A stretch of 26,726 bases of DNA, from contig NIVC01001333.1 of NCBI GenBank assembly GCA_002269645.1, forward strand, positions 1 through 26,726, in the 5' to 3' direction. Origin of the DNA: Macrostomum lignano (Eukaryota). Position numbers and translations under genes: made by a program. Positions 1 to 10,102 of this stretch are shown one piece after another. The notes under the pieces are model-generated. The model made no database searches, had not been told where the DNA came from, and saw only the letters and a program-made list of their open reading frames with translations. Position 1 is the first letter of the stretch. Each line of letters starts with the position of its first letter.

Positions 1-43
1 ACATCCGGAAACTTATTGCTCAGCCCTCGACGGGGTTATCAAT

Positions 44-705
44 TTACATTGACATGGTTATAGAGCTCCGGGCATTGTTGGCCCTCGAAGAAGTTCGGGT
101 CTTCAGGTCGTCCTCATTATTTAACTTTTTGCCGGCTGAGGGCGGCAAACAGGTGATAATCGGTGGGTGCTGTACGGTGGGAAAGAATCTTCCAGCCCAA
201 CTCGAGCAGCTTCTGACGGGTCGACTGTGCCTTGTGCGCAGGTGCGTTGTCGTGCAGCAATATGACCCGGCGACGTTCAGGCGCACCTCAGCCAGCTTCT
301 GATGCAGGCGCTCAAGCTGCTCCTGGTGGAAAGTGGCATTGATGCTAATGTTCTTCAACAGCAGCTCCCACGTTATGATTCCTTTCGTGTCCCAGAATAC
401 TGAAAGCATGACCTTCTTGGGGTGCAGCTCAGCCTTGGTCTCTCACTCTGGCTTTGCATCGGAATCAACCTGTTAATGGAGGTCAGCTGGTGGAGCACCC
501 AGCATCCCCAGCTTTGGCTTCTTGTTCAGACGGTCAAGGTGGTCAGCAACAGTGGAATGATGCACAGCCAGCTGCGCGGCCAGCTCACCCGTGGTCTGCC
601 GGGTGTCCCTTTCAAGCAGCAGCTCAAATGCACCGCCGTCCAGCTCTGCGGCCAGCCACTGCGTGGCTTGTCTTCGAGGCCCTCCTCCCCATCTTCGATC
701 TTTTA
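44..705 (-). mobile_element. Decayed mariner (Tc1/mariner) transposase remnant, internally deleted and frameshifted
   Basis: Minus-strand frames give LEDKPRSG, TRQTTGELAAQLAVHHSTVADHL, WVLHQL (484-501, the WVPHEL motif), KAELHPKKVMLSVFWD, LLHDNAPAH (HDNA at 243-254) and a truncated H..APTDYHLF. The segment carrying the first catalytic Asp is deleted between WVLHQL and KAELHPKK. Confidence 0.93.
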
Positions 706-707
706 GT

Positions 708-864
708 CAGGGGGCGTAGCCAGGAATTTCCTACGGGGGGGGATACACCAAGGTAAAAGTGCTCACATGGTAGCATGTATAGCAACAAAGGGCAACAAAA
801 AAGTTTTCATCAGGCTCTTCGGAGGGGATATACATCCCCCCATTCCCCCCTCCCTACGCCCCTG
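708..864. mobile_element. hAT-type MITE, 157 bp
   Basis: Ends CAGGGGGCGTAG and CTACGCCCCTG form an inverted repeat. The 8-bp flanks CTTTTAGT and CTTGTAGC match 6/8, as a decayed hAT target duplication would. No coding capacity. Confidence 0.75.
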
Positions 865-1508
865 CTTGTAGCCTTGTAAGTACTTGTAAAGGTTGCAATA
901 CTTTGATAGCACAAGACTATTGTATTGTACGAGCGTACTCGTAGAACGATACGATAAATCTGCTACTCTTATCCACTCTCCTTGTATGAAAGCGTAGCTG
1001 CGAGAATTCGTTGTCTACTGTATATGTATAAATCATTTTATTGTCGATGTTTCACTTATGTTTGATAATAATTTAATGATTTCTGTTGTTAATAATCTCA
1101 ATAATTCAATCACTATTTTTGATAATAATAATAAATGTAATACTAATAATAAACTTATCATCACTCAACTGTAATATTCGTGATCATTCTGTACTTCCAC
1201 TTAATAGTTATTACTACTGTTACTAACACTGCCACTAATAATACTACGAGTAATACCCTTTTGTCACTATTTTTGTTGTAATAATATAACAATAAACTGG
1301 CGGCCAATATTCAACAATAAATGGCAGACTTGTGACGCCTGTCGAAAACGCATGAAAATTTTCAAAAGAAATTCGTTCTTTTCCGAATTTTGCATTATTT
1401 CGCTAAGTTTGCAGCGTACTGGGTTTCTAGCTGAAGAGCATGCACTTTCTATGCACCAGAAATGAGGATCCAGCAGTCTGTTCAAGGCCGGTAGTAGTAA
1501 CGACTCTG

Positions 1509-2085
1509 TAACGCGTCCGAAGCGCCTCAGATGCGACGCACTAACGATTCTATAGTGGCGCTAAAGCGCTTCTTTTGCGACTTTTTAGCGACTGTATAAC
1601 GCTTCTAACGCGTCCAGAGCGCCTCAGAAGTGCCGCAGTAACGATTCTACAGTGACGCTAAAGCGCTTCTTTTGCGACTTTTTAGCGACTGCAAAACGCC
1701 GCTGAAACGCCGGAAATGTGACTCTAATTCATAAAGTGACGCAAATGCGCTTCAAACACAACTTAGTGACTCTAATGCGACTCTGGAACGCGTCAAATAC
1801 GACTCTACGGCCCCAGAATCGTTATACCGTCGCCCCAGAGTCACTAGAGTCGCGCCAGAATCACTTGCGTCGCCCCAGAATCGTTTTAGAGTCGCAGACA
1901 ATGAAACGCTTCAAAGTGATTCTGGGGCGACTCTTTGACGACTTTTTGGCGACTTGTACCGTGACATTTCGTCGCTTTAGAAGCGTTTAGAGTCACTTCT
2001 GTCCCATTTAACCTATGTAATCTGCAACGCGTCTAGAACGATTCTGGGGCGACGCAAGTGACTCTGGGACGCTTCTTGGCCTGGG
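1509..2085. repeat. Complex direct and inverted repeat element (MITE-like body)
   Basis: An ~86-bp direct repeat at 1509 and 1606 (97-bp period), and a 30-bp inverted repeat at 1861-1890 vs 2031-2060 with 1 mismatch. GCGAC/GTCGC and GACTC/GAGTC words recur throughout. Confidence 0.75.
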
Positions 2086-2821
2086 TACCGTTTTCATCGG
2101 GCTGGCTGGTTAAAATCTCTCAGCTTAGCTTAACTAATAAGAGGTTGACGATTCTCTATTGATGAGACTGCATGATTTGTCAAGCAGGGTTTCTAGTGCA
2201 GTTTCAGACAGTATCAAACCCATATCCGCCATACGTCTGGGCCCTGGAAGCAATATAGAGTGCGACAGCAGGGTTCCTGAAGTCGAGGGCTGCGATAGAA
2301 AATCGATCAAATGCATAAACTTCACGTCACATTCCCGACTGCCTGTTCCGCTGGCGGGAGGCAAATTTGTTTCTAAAAATAGAAACAATCGGAGCGCCTG
2401 CACGCCCGGCCTGGCCTGGTTTTCAAACGCGACGAGAGAAATTATTCTTCTTCAATCCTACGCGTTTCTGGCTACTGTAAGTAGAAAAACTCGATTTTTG
2501 ATGTTTAAAAAATATTCAAACATTGTAAAATGTTTACTTAGATTAGAAGTACAACAAGGCTGTCTCGTAAAGGCATTTCTAACAATATAGAAATATGACT
2601 CCTCAAAGATGTAAATGACGACTTTAAAGACAACTTTTAGTATTTAACCTTTATTGTGTCATCTTGTGGTAAAATAACTTATTAGCGAGTAAAAGGCACA
2701 GAAAAAATAGTTTTTTTAAGTGTTTGTCATCTTCAAATTGACAGGAAAGTAACTGATGCTACAGAACACTAAATTAATGCATGCAGAAACTTAAAATATG
2801 CTTGCGTTAGCTTCAAAAAGT

Positions 2822-2976
2822 CAGTGGCTTACGCAGAAATTTTAATACGAGGGGGTCGCTACCCTAAGGGGCACCAATATTTGGTGTTGGCGGGCGCCCC
2901 TGCCTCTTGGCGAGCGGCTCTGTCTCTGGGTGGGCGCCCCGGTCCCAGCCCTGGCCGCCTTTCTGCGCAACCACTG
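2822..2976. mobile_element. hAT-type MITE, 155 bp
   Basis: Left end CAGTGGCTTACGCAGAAA vs reverse complement of the right end CAGTGGTTGCGCAGAAA. GC-rich interior in AT-rich flanks. The target duplication is not convincing (4/8). Confidence 0.6.
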
Positions 2977-3232
2977 AAACCGGTTGTTTCTAACAAAAAC
3001 AAGGTTAACGAATCAAGCGACTGATAGAAAGAATATTACATTTTAGAGGAAAATAACGATAAAGAAGGTAAAATTTGCGGTACCGTTGGAGCGAAAAAAG
3101 CAAGGTGACAATTAAGAGAACACCGACAGTTACATAAAACTACAAACGCGTGTTTGCGGTTGAGTTTGTAGCTCAGCAGTAGTTGGAACCAGTTAATTAG
3201 GAATAAACCAAAATTTTCACGGTATGCGACGA

Positions 3233-3550
3233 AAATAAATAATAATAATTGAGTACACCTGCCCTAATATGCAGGTGTGCAACCGACAGCTCAGCCGCAG
3301 CTATTGCGCGGCGCATCTGAAGGCTGCGTACGGCTGTTCAGTCCAAGGACTGGGAAGGGGGGTCGCCACACACACCCTCAATTACCCCAGCTAATGCTGG
3401 TGCCCATTTTACAGCTGGGTGAACTGAAGCAATGCAGAGTTGAGTGTCTTGCTCAAGGAGCACAAGTTGTTCCGAGTGGGGTCGAGAATCGAACCTCCGA
3501 CCTTTCAGTCATTAGTCCGGCGCTCTGATCACTAGGCTGCCTACAACCCC
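3233..3550 (-). mobile_element. Full-length tRNA-derived SINE with CORE domain
   Basis: The minus strand shows an A-box-like GGCAGCCTAGTGATC and B box GGTTCGATTC. These are followed by TTGTGCTCCTTGAGCAAGACACTCAAC...CAGCTGTAAAATGGG (3403-3465), resembling the MIR CORE consensus, and an (ATT)n tail at ~3233-3250. Confidence 0.8.
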
Positions 3551-3647
3551 TGCGACAAAAATCAAAATAAACCTCAGTTTTACAAACAGCAACGTTCCAT
3601 TTTTTTCTAAAAACATTTCATCTGCAATCTAATCGATTGATGCAAAA

Positions 3648-4871
3648 TCACAGAAGCAGCATCTCGAACTCCTTCATCGAATAGTAGTAGCCAAATGGAT
3701 ATCTCCAGCAGACGCTCTTGGCATAGACAGAAGTATTGAGAGCAGTGGGCGAATAAAAGTAAAGTCCGTTCGGGTTGGTGCAGTGGCACGAACCGTACCA
3801 CCAGCCTCCCTTGAACGAGGCGCTGCAGCTCCCTGAATAAATGTCGTTGTCCGAATCAAAGGTGCTGAACTTCATGCCGTTGCAGATAGCCATGCAGTCT
3901 CCGAGTCCTGAACTGCCGCTGAAGCCGCTGATGTTGGCTTTAAACTTGCTGTCCTCGCTGTCCACAGAGAAGGAGCTGTAGTTCGCCCAGTACTCCGTGT
4001 CGTTCCACAGCCTCATCCGAATGAGCAGCGGCCGACCGGAAGGCCACGTGAGGGAGTTGAGGCTTCTCAGACCTGTTAATTGAGCAAGCGCAACTGTGAC
4101 ATACGGTACGGTACACACGGTAAACACTGTATATGCATACTACGATACACACTGAGTCGCCTGCATGCGGAAATTGCAGCCTCACCGATCCAGTGGTTGC
4201 TGTGCGGCCCCGGACCGAAGCCGGCTGCGTATTCGGCCCAGCTGCGATCGAAGCTGGTCGAGTCGTCGACTCGGCGCTGAACGCTGATGAGGCAGCCGCT
4301 GAGCGACGTCACAAACACCTGCAACATCGGGTGGGGGTCGCAGTTAGTAGCTGGCCATCTCACAGCACACGGACAAAGGTTACACAGAGAACTGCAATGG
4401 TCAGTCACCCTGGTGCAGCACGGAGACGCCTCAGTCGGCGGCATCAGGCGGCGACACACCGCGCCACTCCGGCTGGCTGAAGTGCAGCGATGCGAGATGG
4501 GGATGGGATTAGAATGAAGCCAGTGCATGCATCAGTGTTTGGCGAGATCGGGATGAAGATTACGACGGGGATGAATGAAATCAGTGCGTGCAACTGCGGT
4601 TGGCGTGCAACTCACCCAGAATGCACTGCGACCGTCCCACACCGAGGCCTTCGATGAAGACCAGAAACTGGTCAGGGAGCAGCCTCTTGGCGGCAAGTAC
4701 CGCGCACTGCAGCTCGCCACGGACACGAGTTTCTTCCGCAATGTGGAACTGGTGAACCCGATCGCCAGACCAGCTGCTGCTGTGAACTTCGTACAGCACT
4801 TCGAGCGGCTCTGCAGTGGCCAAGGAAATCTTGAGAAGCAGATGCAGCAAAGAAATGAATAAAGACATCAT
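3648..4871 (-). CDS. Secreted fibrinogen-related protein (FReD/FBG domain), 293 aa, 4 exons: 4871-4616, 4476-4409, 4318-4186, 4072-3648
   Basis: Hydrophobic signal peptide MMSLFISLLHLLLKISLATA. FBG motifs QRRVDDSTSFDRSWAEYAAGFG, HWIGL, KFSTFDSDND and CSASFKGGWWYGSCHCTNPNG. All three introns are GT-AG with compatible phases (1,0,1), and the exons total 882 nt. Confidence 0.9.
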
Positions 4872-5457
4872 TGCAGAGTCCGGAATGCAGAAATTTGCGG
4901 ACTGGAAAGCGGCTGCTTGTTTTCACTGTCATGCTGACGATTGCGTTCCCATTATTTAAGTTACAGCAGCCTCCAATGCAATACTGTCGGAAAACAATTG
5001 AAGGCCATTCTTTGTCTTGACAATGTCTTGTAGCTCTGGGTTGGCTGGTTCTATAGTCATGAAATTTCCATGCAGTGAATGCCCAATTAGCGTGGCTGAA
5101 AAGCTGAATTCAAGCCGGCACCCTGGGCCAAAAAATGCGGCGCCGTCAGCCCTAGCAACGTTACAATGCTGAAGACTCATTGGCAAGCGGGACAGTGGAA
5201 GGCTGCAAGTCCTGGGCAGATATGAAAACAGTTTTATCGCCTGAAAAATAAAATCTACAGAATTCTGCGCAGATGCCAGTGAAGCCGCAATTTTTAAGAT
5301 GGGAGAAGCTCCAGGTGCCAATACTGTAATTCCCAGCAAAAAGGTTCATTGTTAGCCAATTATTGGCGCCTATTTCAACACATTTTAAGGCTGCTGTGCG
5401 CAGGGCACCCCAAGGTAAAAATATGCAATTCGTCCGATAAAAAGGGGCGTCACTTGC

Positions 5458-5744
5458 GTCGCCATGGAGTCGTTACAGGTGACACAGGTAAAATACGAGT
5501 AGGGAAGTGACTTGTGTCGCCATGGAGTCGTTACAGGTGACACAGGTAAAATACGAGTAGGGAAGTGACTTGTGTCGCCATGGAGTCGTTACAGGTGACA
5601 CAGGTAAAATACGAGTAGGGAAGTGACTTGTGTCGCCATGGAGTCGTTACAGGTGACACAGGTAAAATACGAGTAGGGAAGTGACTTGTGTCGCCATGGA
5701 GTCGTTACAGGTGACACAGGTAAAATACGAGTAGGGAAGTGACT
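5458..5744. repeat. 58-bp tandem minisatellite, ~5 identical copies
   Basis: Unit GTCGCCATGGAGTCGTTACAGGTGACACAGGTAAAATACGAGTAGGGAAGTGACTTGT starts at 5458, 5516, 5574, 5632 and 5690. Confidence 0.97.
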
Positions 5745-6460
5745 CGAGACGACTCCAAACGACGAGATGACACGGCACAAGTTCCGTAAGAGTCTTCTGA
5801 GAGTCAATTTGAGACGTTTTATTTTCTGCGACTCTGCAGCTCAAGTGATGCGCTCGTGACTCAATAGTCACCTCTCCGTCACATTGCAGTCGTTTGAGTC
5901 GCCCTCAGAGTCACTAGTGAGTTGTTCGCAACGAGTCTTTCGCGATTCTTGTCACGGCATTGTCTGGCATTAGAAACGAATGTTGAAGCCTCATTATCCT
6001 ATTATTTGCTCAAAAATAGGTGCAAGTAGAAATCAGCTTTCCTTTTTTTGTTTCGAACGATATGGTTCGCTCTGCAATGTATTGTCAAATTATTTAACTT
6101 CAACACGTGGCAAATTTCTTTCGAGCAACTAATGATGCAGAATTGATACAAAGCGACACTGTGTGGAAGTAGATAACCAGCAGATAGTTGCTGAGCAGAG
6201 TACTCATGGTAACAAGCAAAGCAAATCAACATGATTTGCATTATACTGAAGTGATGCAGTTGAATGTCTAAACAGAAGCGGGCTTGAAAATGCAAAAGCA
6301 ACTCCAATTGCTTTGCAGGCAAACAGTTCAGCGGATGCATGAGCATGATAGAAATATTGGGCTGAATTTAGCTGTCATCAGATAATTCGCCAAGACTCAA
6401 TACTTTTGCCCTGGGATTAGGAATCAAGTGACACACAGAGAGAGAGTTGGCCAACTCAGC

Positions 6461-7147
6461 TCAACGTTTCCCGCCACTTTTTCTGTCTGCGCCAGCCTTG
6501 GCCCGCACCTCTTTGGCCTGCCGCTGCAGCTTCAGATAAGTTTCCCGGCTCTTGTCGCGCGTGATCGCGCGCAGTCGGTCCTCGGCGCGCAGCTTGTCGA
6601 TGAGGCCGAGCCGGCGCAGGGCGGCCAAGGTGGGCGGAGTCAGCAGGATGGTGCACAGGTCGCGCACTGGGAAGATCAGCTTGTAGAGCACCAGAGCGGC
6701 GGCCAGGGCGCCAACGCTGGGATTGGACAGAGTCTCCATCGCCTGGTCGGGAATGGCCGAGTACAGCCCCTTGGGCAGGTAGCGCCGCAGCAGCTGGGGC
6801 AGGTTGACCTCGCTACTGCTGACGAAGGTGTACACGCAGGTAAACCAGATCACGGAGCCGACAATGTGCACACCCAGCACAACCTTTGTTTGGGTCTTGT
6901 AGGTGCGCCAGATTCTCTGCCAGAATGACTCGGAGCTCTGCTGCTGCTGCTGTTGGGAGCAGAAATATCGTACTGGGCACTGCTGTTGCTTAGATAGTTG
7001 GCATCTGGTTGCTAGGTTACCAAGATGGACTGGCGCAGAGTTGCTGGCTGCCGACATGCCACTGATGAGCTGCGGCAGCGTGCGGCGACAAGTTGCGCCG
7101 CCGAACAGGCGGACTGCACAAAGGGTAAGCGACTGGAATGGAGACAA
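6461..7147 (-). CDS. FAM210A: FAM210A-like (DUF1279) mitochondrial inner-membrane protein; conserved part is uninterrupted, 5' end uncertain (first in-frame ATG at 7057)
   Basis: YKTQTKVVLGVHIVGSVIWFTCVY and LAAALVLYKLIFPVRDLCTILLT match the two conserved FAM210 blocks. A basic, targeting-like N-terminus and a charged helical C-tail, as in FAM210A. The A versus B assignment is tentative. Confidence 0.82.
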   Translation of the reverse strand: MSPFQSLTLCAVRLFGGATCRRTLPQLISGMSAASNSAPVHLGNLATRCQLSKQQQCPVRYFCSQQQQQQSSESFWQRIWRTYKTQTKVVLGVHIVGSVIWFTCVYTFVSSSEVNLPQLLRRYLPKGLYSAIPDQAMETLSNPSVGALAAALVLYKLIFPVRDLCTILLTPPTLAALRRLGLIDKLRAEDRLRAITRDKSRETYLKLQRQAKEVRAKAGADRKSGGKR

Positions 7148-9257
7148 ATCACATGGGCAATCACACAGCCTATGCCATAGACTAGTGCTCTCTTGTGTGA
7201 CAGCAGCTCAGGCTCGATTCCAAGTGCAGTCACATTGACTTGGGGCTAAATTGGAATATCAGCTTGGGTCTGCCTGTGCAATCAATGCCCTTGAGGGCCA
7301 ACCCCACAAGGCACAGTAAAGTGTGCACGCCTACCTCAGTCAGGGGCACTGTACCCTCTTGTGTAAGTGTGCCTATGTAAGTATCTGCAATCTTGTATAC
7401 ATGCTTGGGGAATTTGGTATAATGGGCAGTAATGCCTATTGTGGGCTGTGAAAACAATGATTAGAGTGCACCAGGAAGCACACAGCCCCCTATATCTAAT
7501 AAAACCATAGGCACTGACCAGGTGTAGATTCAGAAAAATTTTAATGGGGCACAGATTACTAAGGTACATGTATATGTGTATCATGTATATGTACATGTAC
7601 ACAATAATGTGTATTTATTGCATTTTTATTTTTAGCCAATATAAATTGTGGCTAAACCAAAGATAAATAATAAAATTGATGACTTCTGACAAAATTGACA
7701 AATTAAGTTGCATGGCCATTATAGATAATTTCAGAGATGATATAAGTAGGTCTAATATATATACATATATGTCATTAGTCTAAAAATTTATAATAGGTAT
7801 TTATGAATAAGTTGGCAAATGTTTATACAAATAATTCTATTGGAATAAGTTGATAAACCATTGGAGCTCTTGTTAGGTCTCAAAAAAGAATTGAAAGTCT
7901 GATTGCTTGGTTTAAGTAGACTGCCAAATCAATATGGTATACTAAAAAAATCCATAGAGTAAAATAAGAATACCATATGTAATATAAATTTATAATATAA
8001 TATAAATAAATCTCACCAGTCTAGATCATAGTAGACATATGCTAGAATAAAAAGCCTAGTTTTTTAATTCTATATTAATACTGATGTATTGCCTACTTGA
8101 ACTTAGGCCAAGCCATTTTTACTGGCAGATCAAGAATTTTAAAGTAGGCCAAAGGCAAAAATAAGCCCCAAATTAGCACAAAATTATAATAAGTGTGACA
8201 TTGTCAATTTAAATAGCCCCACCAAGGGCTGTTTTGACATACAGTACCAATCTTTAATATTACTAGTTCCATTCTCTTACATTTGCTTAAAATAAATAGT
8301 ACCCAAAGAATTTTAATCAGCTGCATACATTTGTAGAACCTGCATATACTACGCGATCAATAATTTCTGTTTCTGTTTTTCTTAGCCAGCCAATAGAAAA
8401 GCCGCACATTAATTATACTAATTTCTCCTCGCGCATTTTCCCTAGCCCATTCCTTATCAATTCTGTCTAGCTGTGCGCTCGGGGTTTAGACCTATTTAGA
8501 CTCTCGTACCCTTGCGATCCTTGCAACGCTTTAGACTTGGAACCCGCCTGGCTTTGCGTTCCCAACTATAGACTCTTGCCACCTTTACTTGTTTACTTGT
8601 CTTTTCTCTCTCCGCCTTGCTCCACCATGGTTCTAGCCACACCTCTACCACTCTTAGCCATGCCACTTCTATTACCTAAGCTATCTAATATGTTGTTGTG
8701 TAGCTGCCAGTGCATCATTGCAAATCCAATTTGTATTTCTGTTGACAATAAACCAAGTCTGTAGCCATCAATCACATTAACATTAACTAACATTATTATT
8801 CTTGAGGCCACCACACTAGTATCGTCACATTAAGCTTTTATATTGAAGTTTAACCATGACAAAAAATAGGGGTGGCCACCCCCTTTAGATTTGCTACTGC
8901 CATTTTTATGTCATCTTAGACCTAAAAATTCTTTGACTCTATAACAAGGTCTATAGACTATACTAAGATTTTTAGTAAGGGGAAATATTCTAGAATTTTT
9001 GGTAGGTAAAAACTGCCACGTTACGACCCGCCTGATCTTTGCACTTGCACACTTTCACTGCACCCAGCCAAAGCAACTTTGAAGCACTTCGCACCTCTTT
9101 TCTCAAGTCTCAACCAATAACTGTACAAGGCTACTTTACTAATTCTAGTGTATTAAGGCAATAACAGCACTTGATTTTGGTAAGTAAATTATGTTTACAT
9201 TGATAAAATCAATCCTCATGAAGAATCTCCCCACCCTAAAACCTCCCATTCCCCATG

Positions 9258-9417
9258 CACGGTGCTACCATAGTCGGAAAATTGCTAAAAAAATTCACCG
9301 GAAAAGTTATTTGTCACAATTGATACTCAAATTAGTAAGGATTCTTTAGAAGCAAAAATAAAAATTGTAGTTGTTTGTTTTAGCTCAAAAAGTGCTATTT
9401 TCAGCTTTTACCATAGA
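9258..9417 (+). repeat. Left terminal inverted repeat (~160 bp)
   Basis: CACGGTGCTACCATAGTCGGAAAATTGCTAAAAAAATTCACCGGAAAAGTTATTTGTCACAAT...TTTTACCATAGA aligns to the reverse complement of 12703-12867. Confidence 0.92.
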
Positions 9418-10102
9418 CGAATTAATAAAAACGTATCACTGTACTGTTTAGAAATCAGTTCGATTGAGTCCAGGATCAAAGGCAAGCATTAAAAAACATG
9501 TTACTGATATTCATCAATGATTGGTTGATGCCTAAAAGCTACACATTTGACTTGGATGGGCCTACCACAAGAGAGTCTTAAGGCCCATTCACACTGCCAT
9601 CAAATGAGACCAAATTTCAAGTGATCACACGACATGTGCATAGTTTTTCATCCCTTTGTACGTAAGTCATGTGAGTTGGTTGCTTGTTTGATGGCGTTGT
9701 GAATGAGCCTTTATACTTGTACTCACCCTGTTTGGATGAGTCACTGGTTCAGATCCACCCAGCCCGCCCAGACCCAAAGCTTTACCCTCAGCCAATCCCT
9801 CCACCATTCTACATACGTAGGTAAGCACTCGTATGCTGTGGCTTGCTCTCTCTCTTCCTGAGCTGTACGTACAAAGTATGATATTGTACATTGGTGTGTG
9901 CTCTTTGCACCAAGCACTCGCTGAACCACCCTCAGTCTTGTAATGCCATCGTGCTCATTTATGTTTTTCATCAATATAAACATCAAACCTCAAACATAAG
10001 GAGGTCCCATTTGAAGAGGTTTTGTTGTCCAACTCTGTCTAAAAGTGTTTCATCCAAACATTTAGTTGCAACGATTGTGCTTGCGTGTACACAGTTTTTG
10101 TC

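Noticed and set aside
1-29. Mariner-like TIR (reverse complement CGAGGGCTGAGCAATAAGTTTCCGG)
   Set aside because: Its orientation closes an element lying left of the window rather than the remnant at 44-705. It lacks the flanking TA and is truncated by the window edge.
2159-2590. 143-aa plus-strand ORF
   Set aside because: No motifs or splice support, and it runs into AT-rich repeat-like sequence.
8866-8899. hAT-like terminus CCCCCTTTAGATTTGCTACTG
   Set aside because: No partner end or target duplication found nearby.
9265-9300. True RSS nonamer at 12- or 23-bp spacing
   Set aside because: The best candidate, AAAAAATTC at 23 bp, matches ACAAAAACC at only 6/9 in an A-rich tract and is not at that spacing on the right end.
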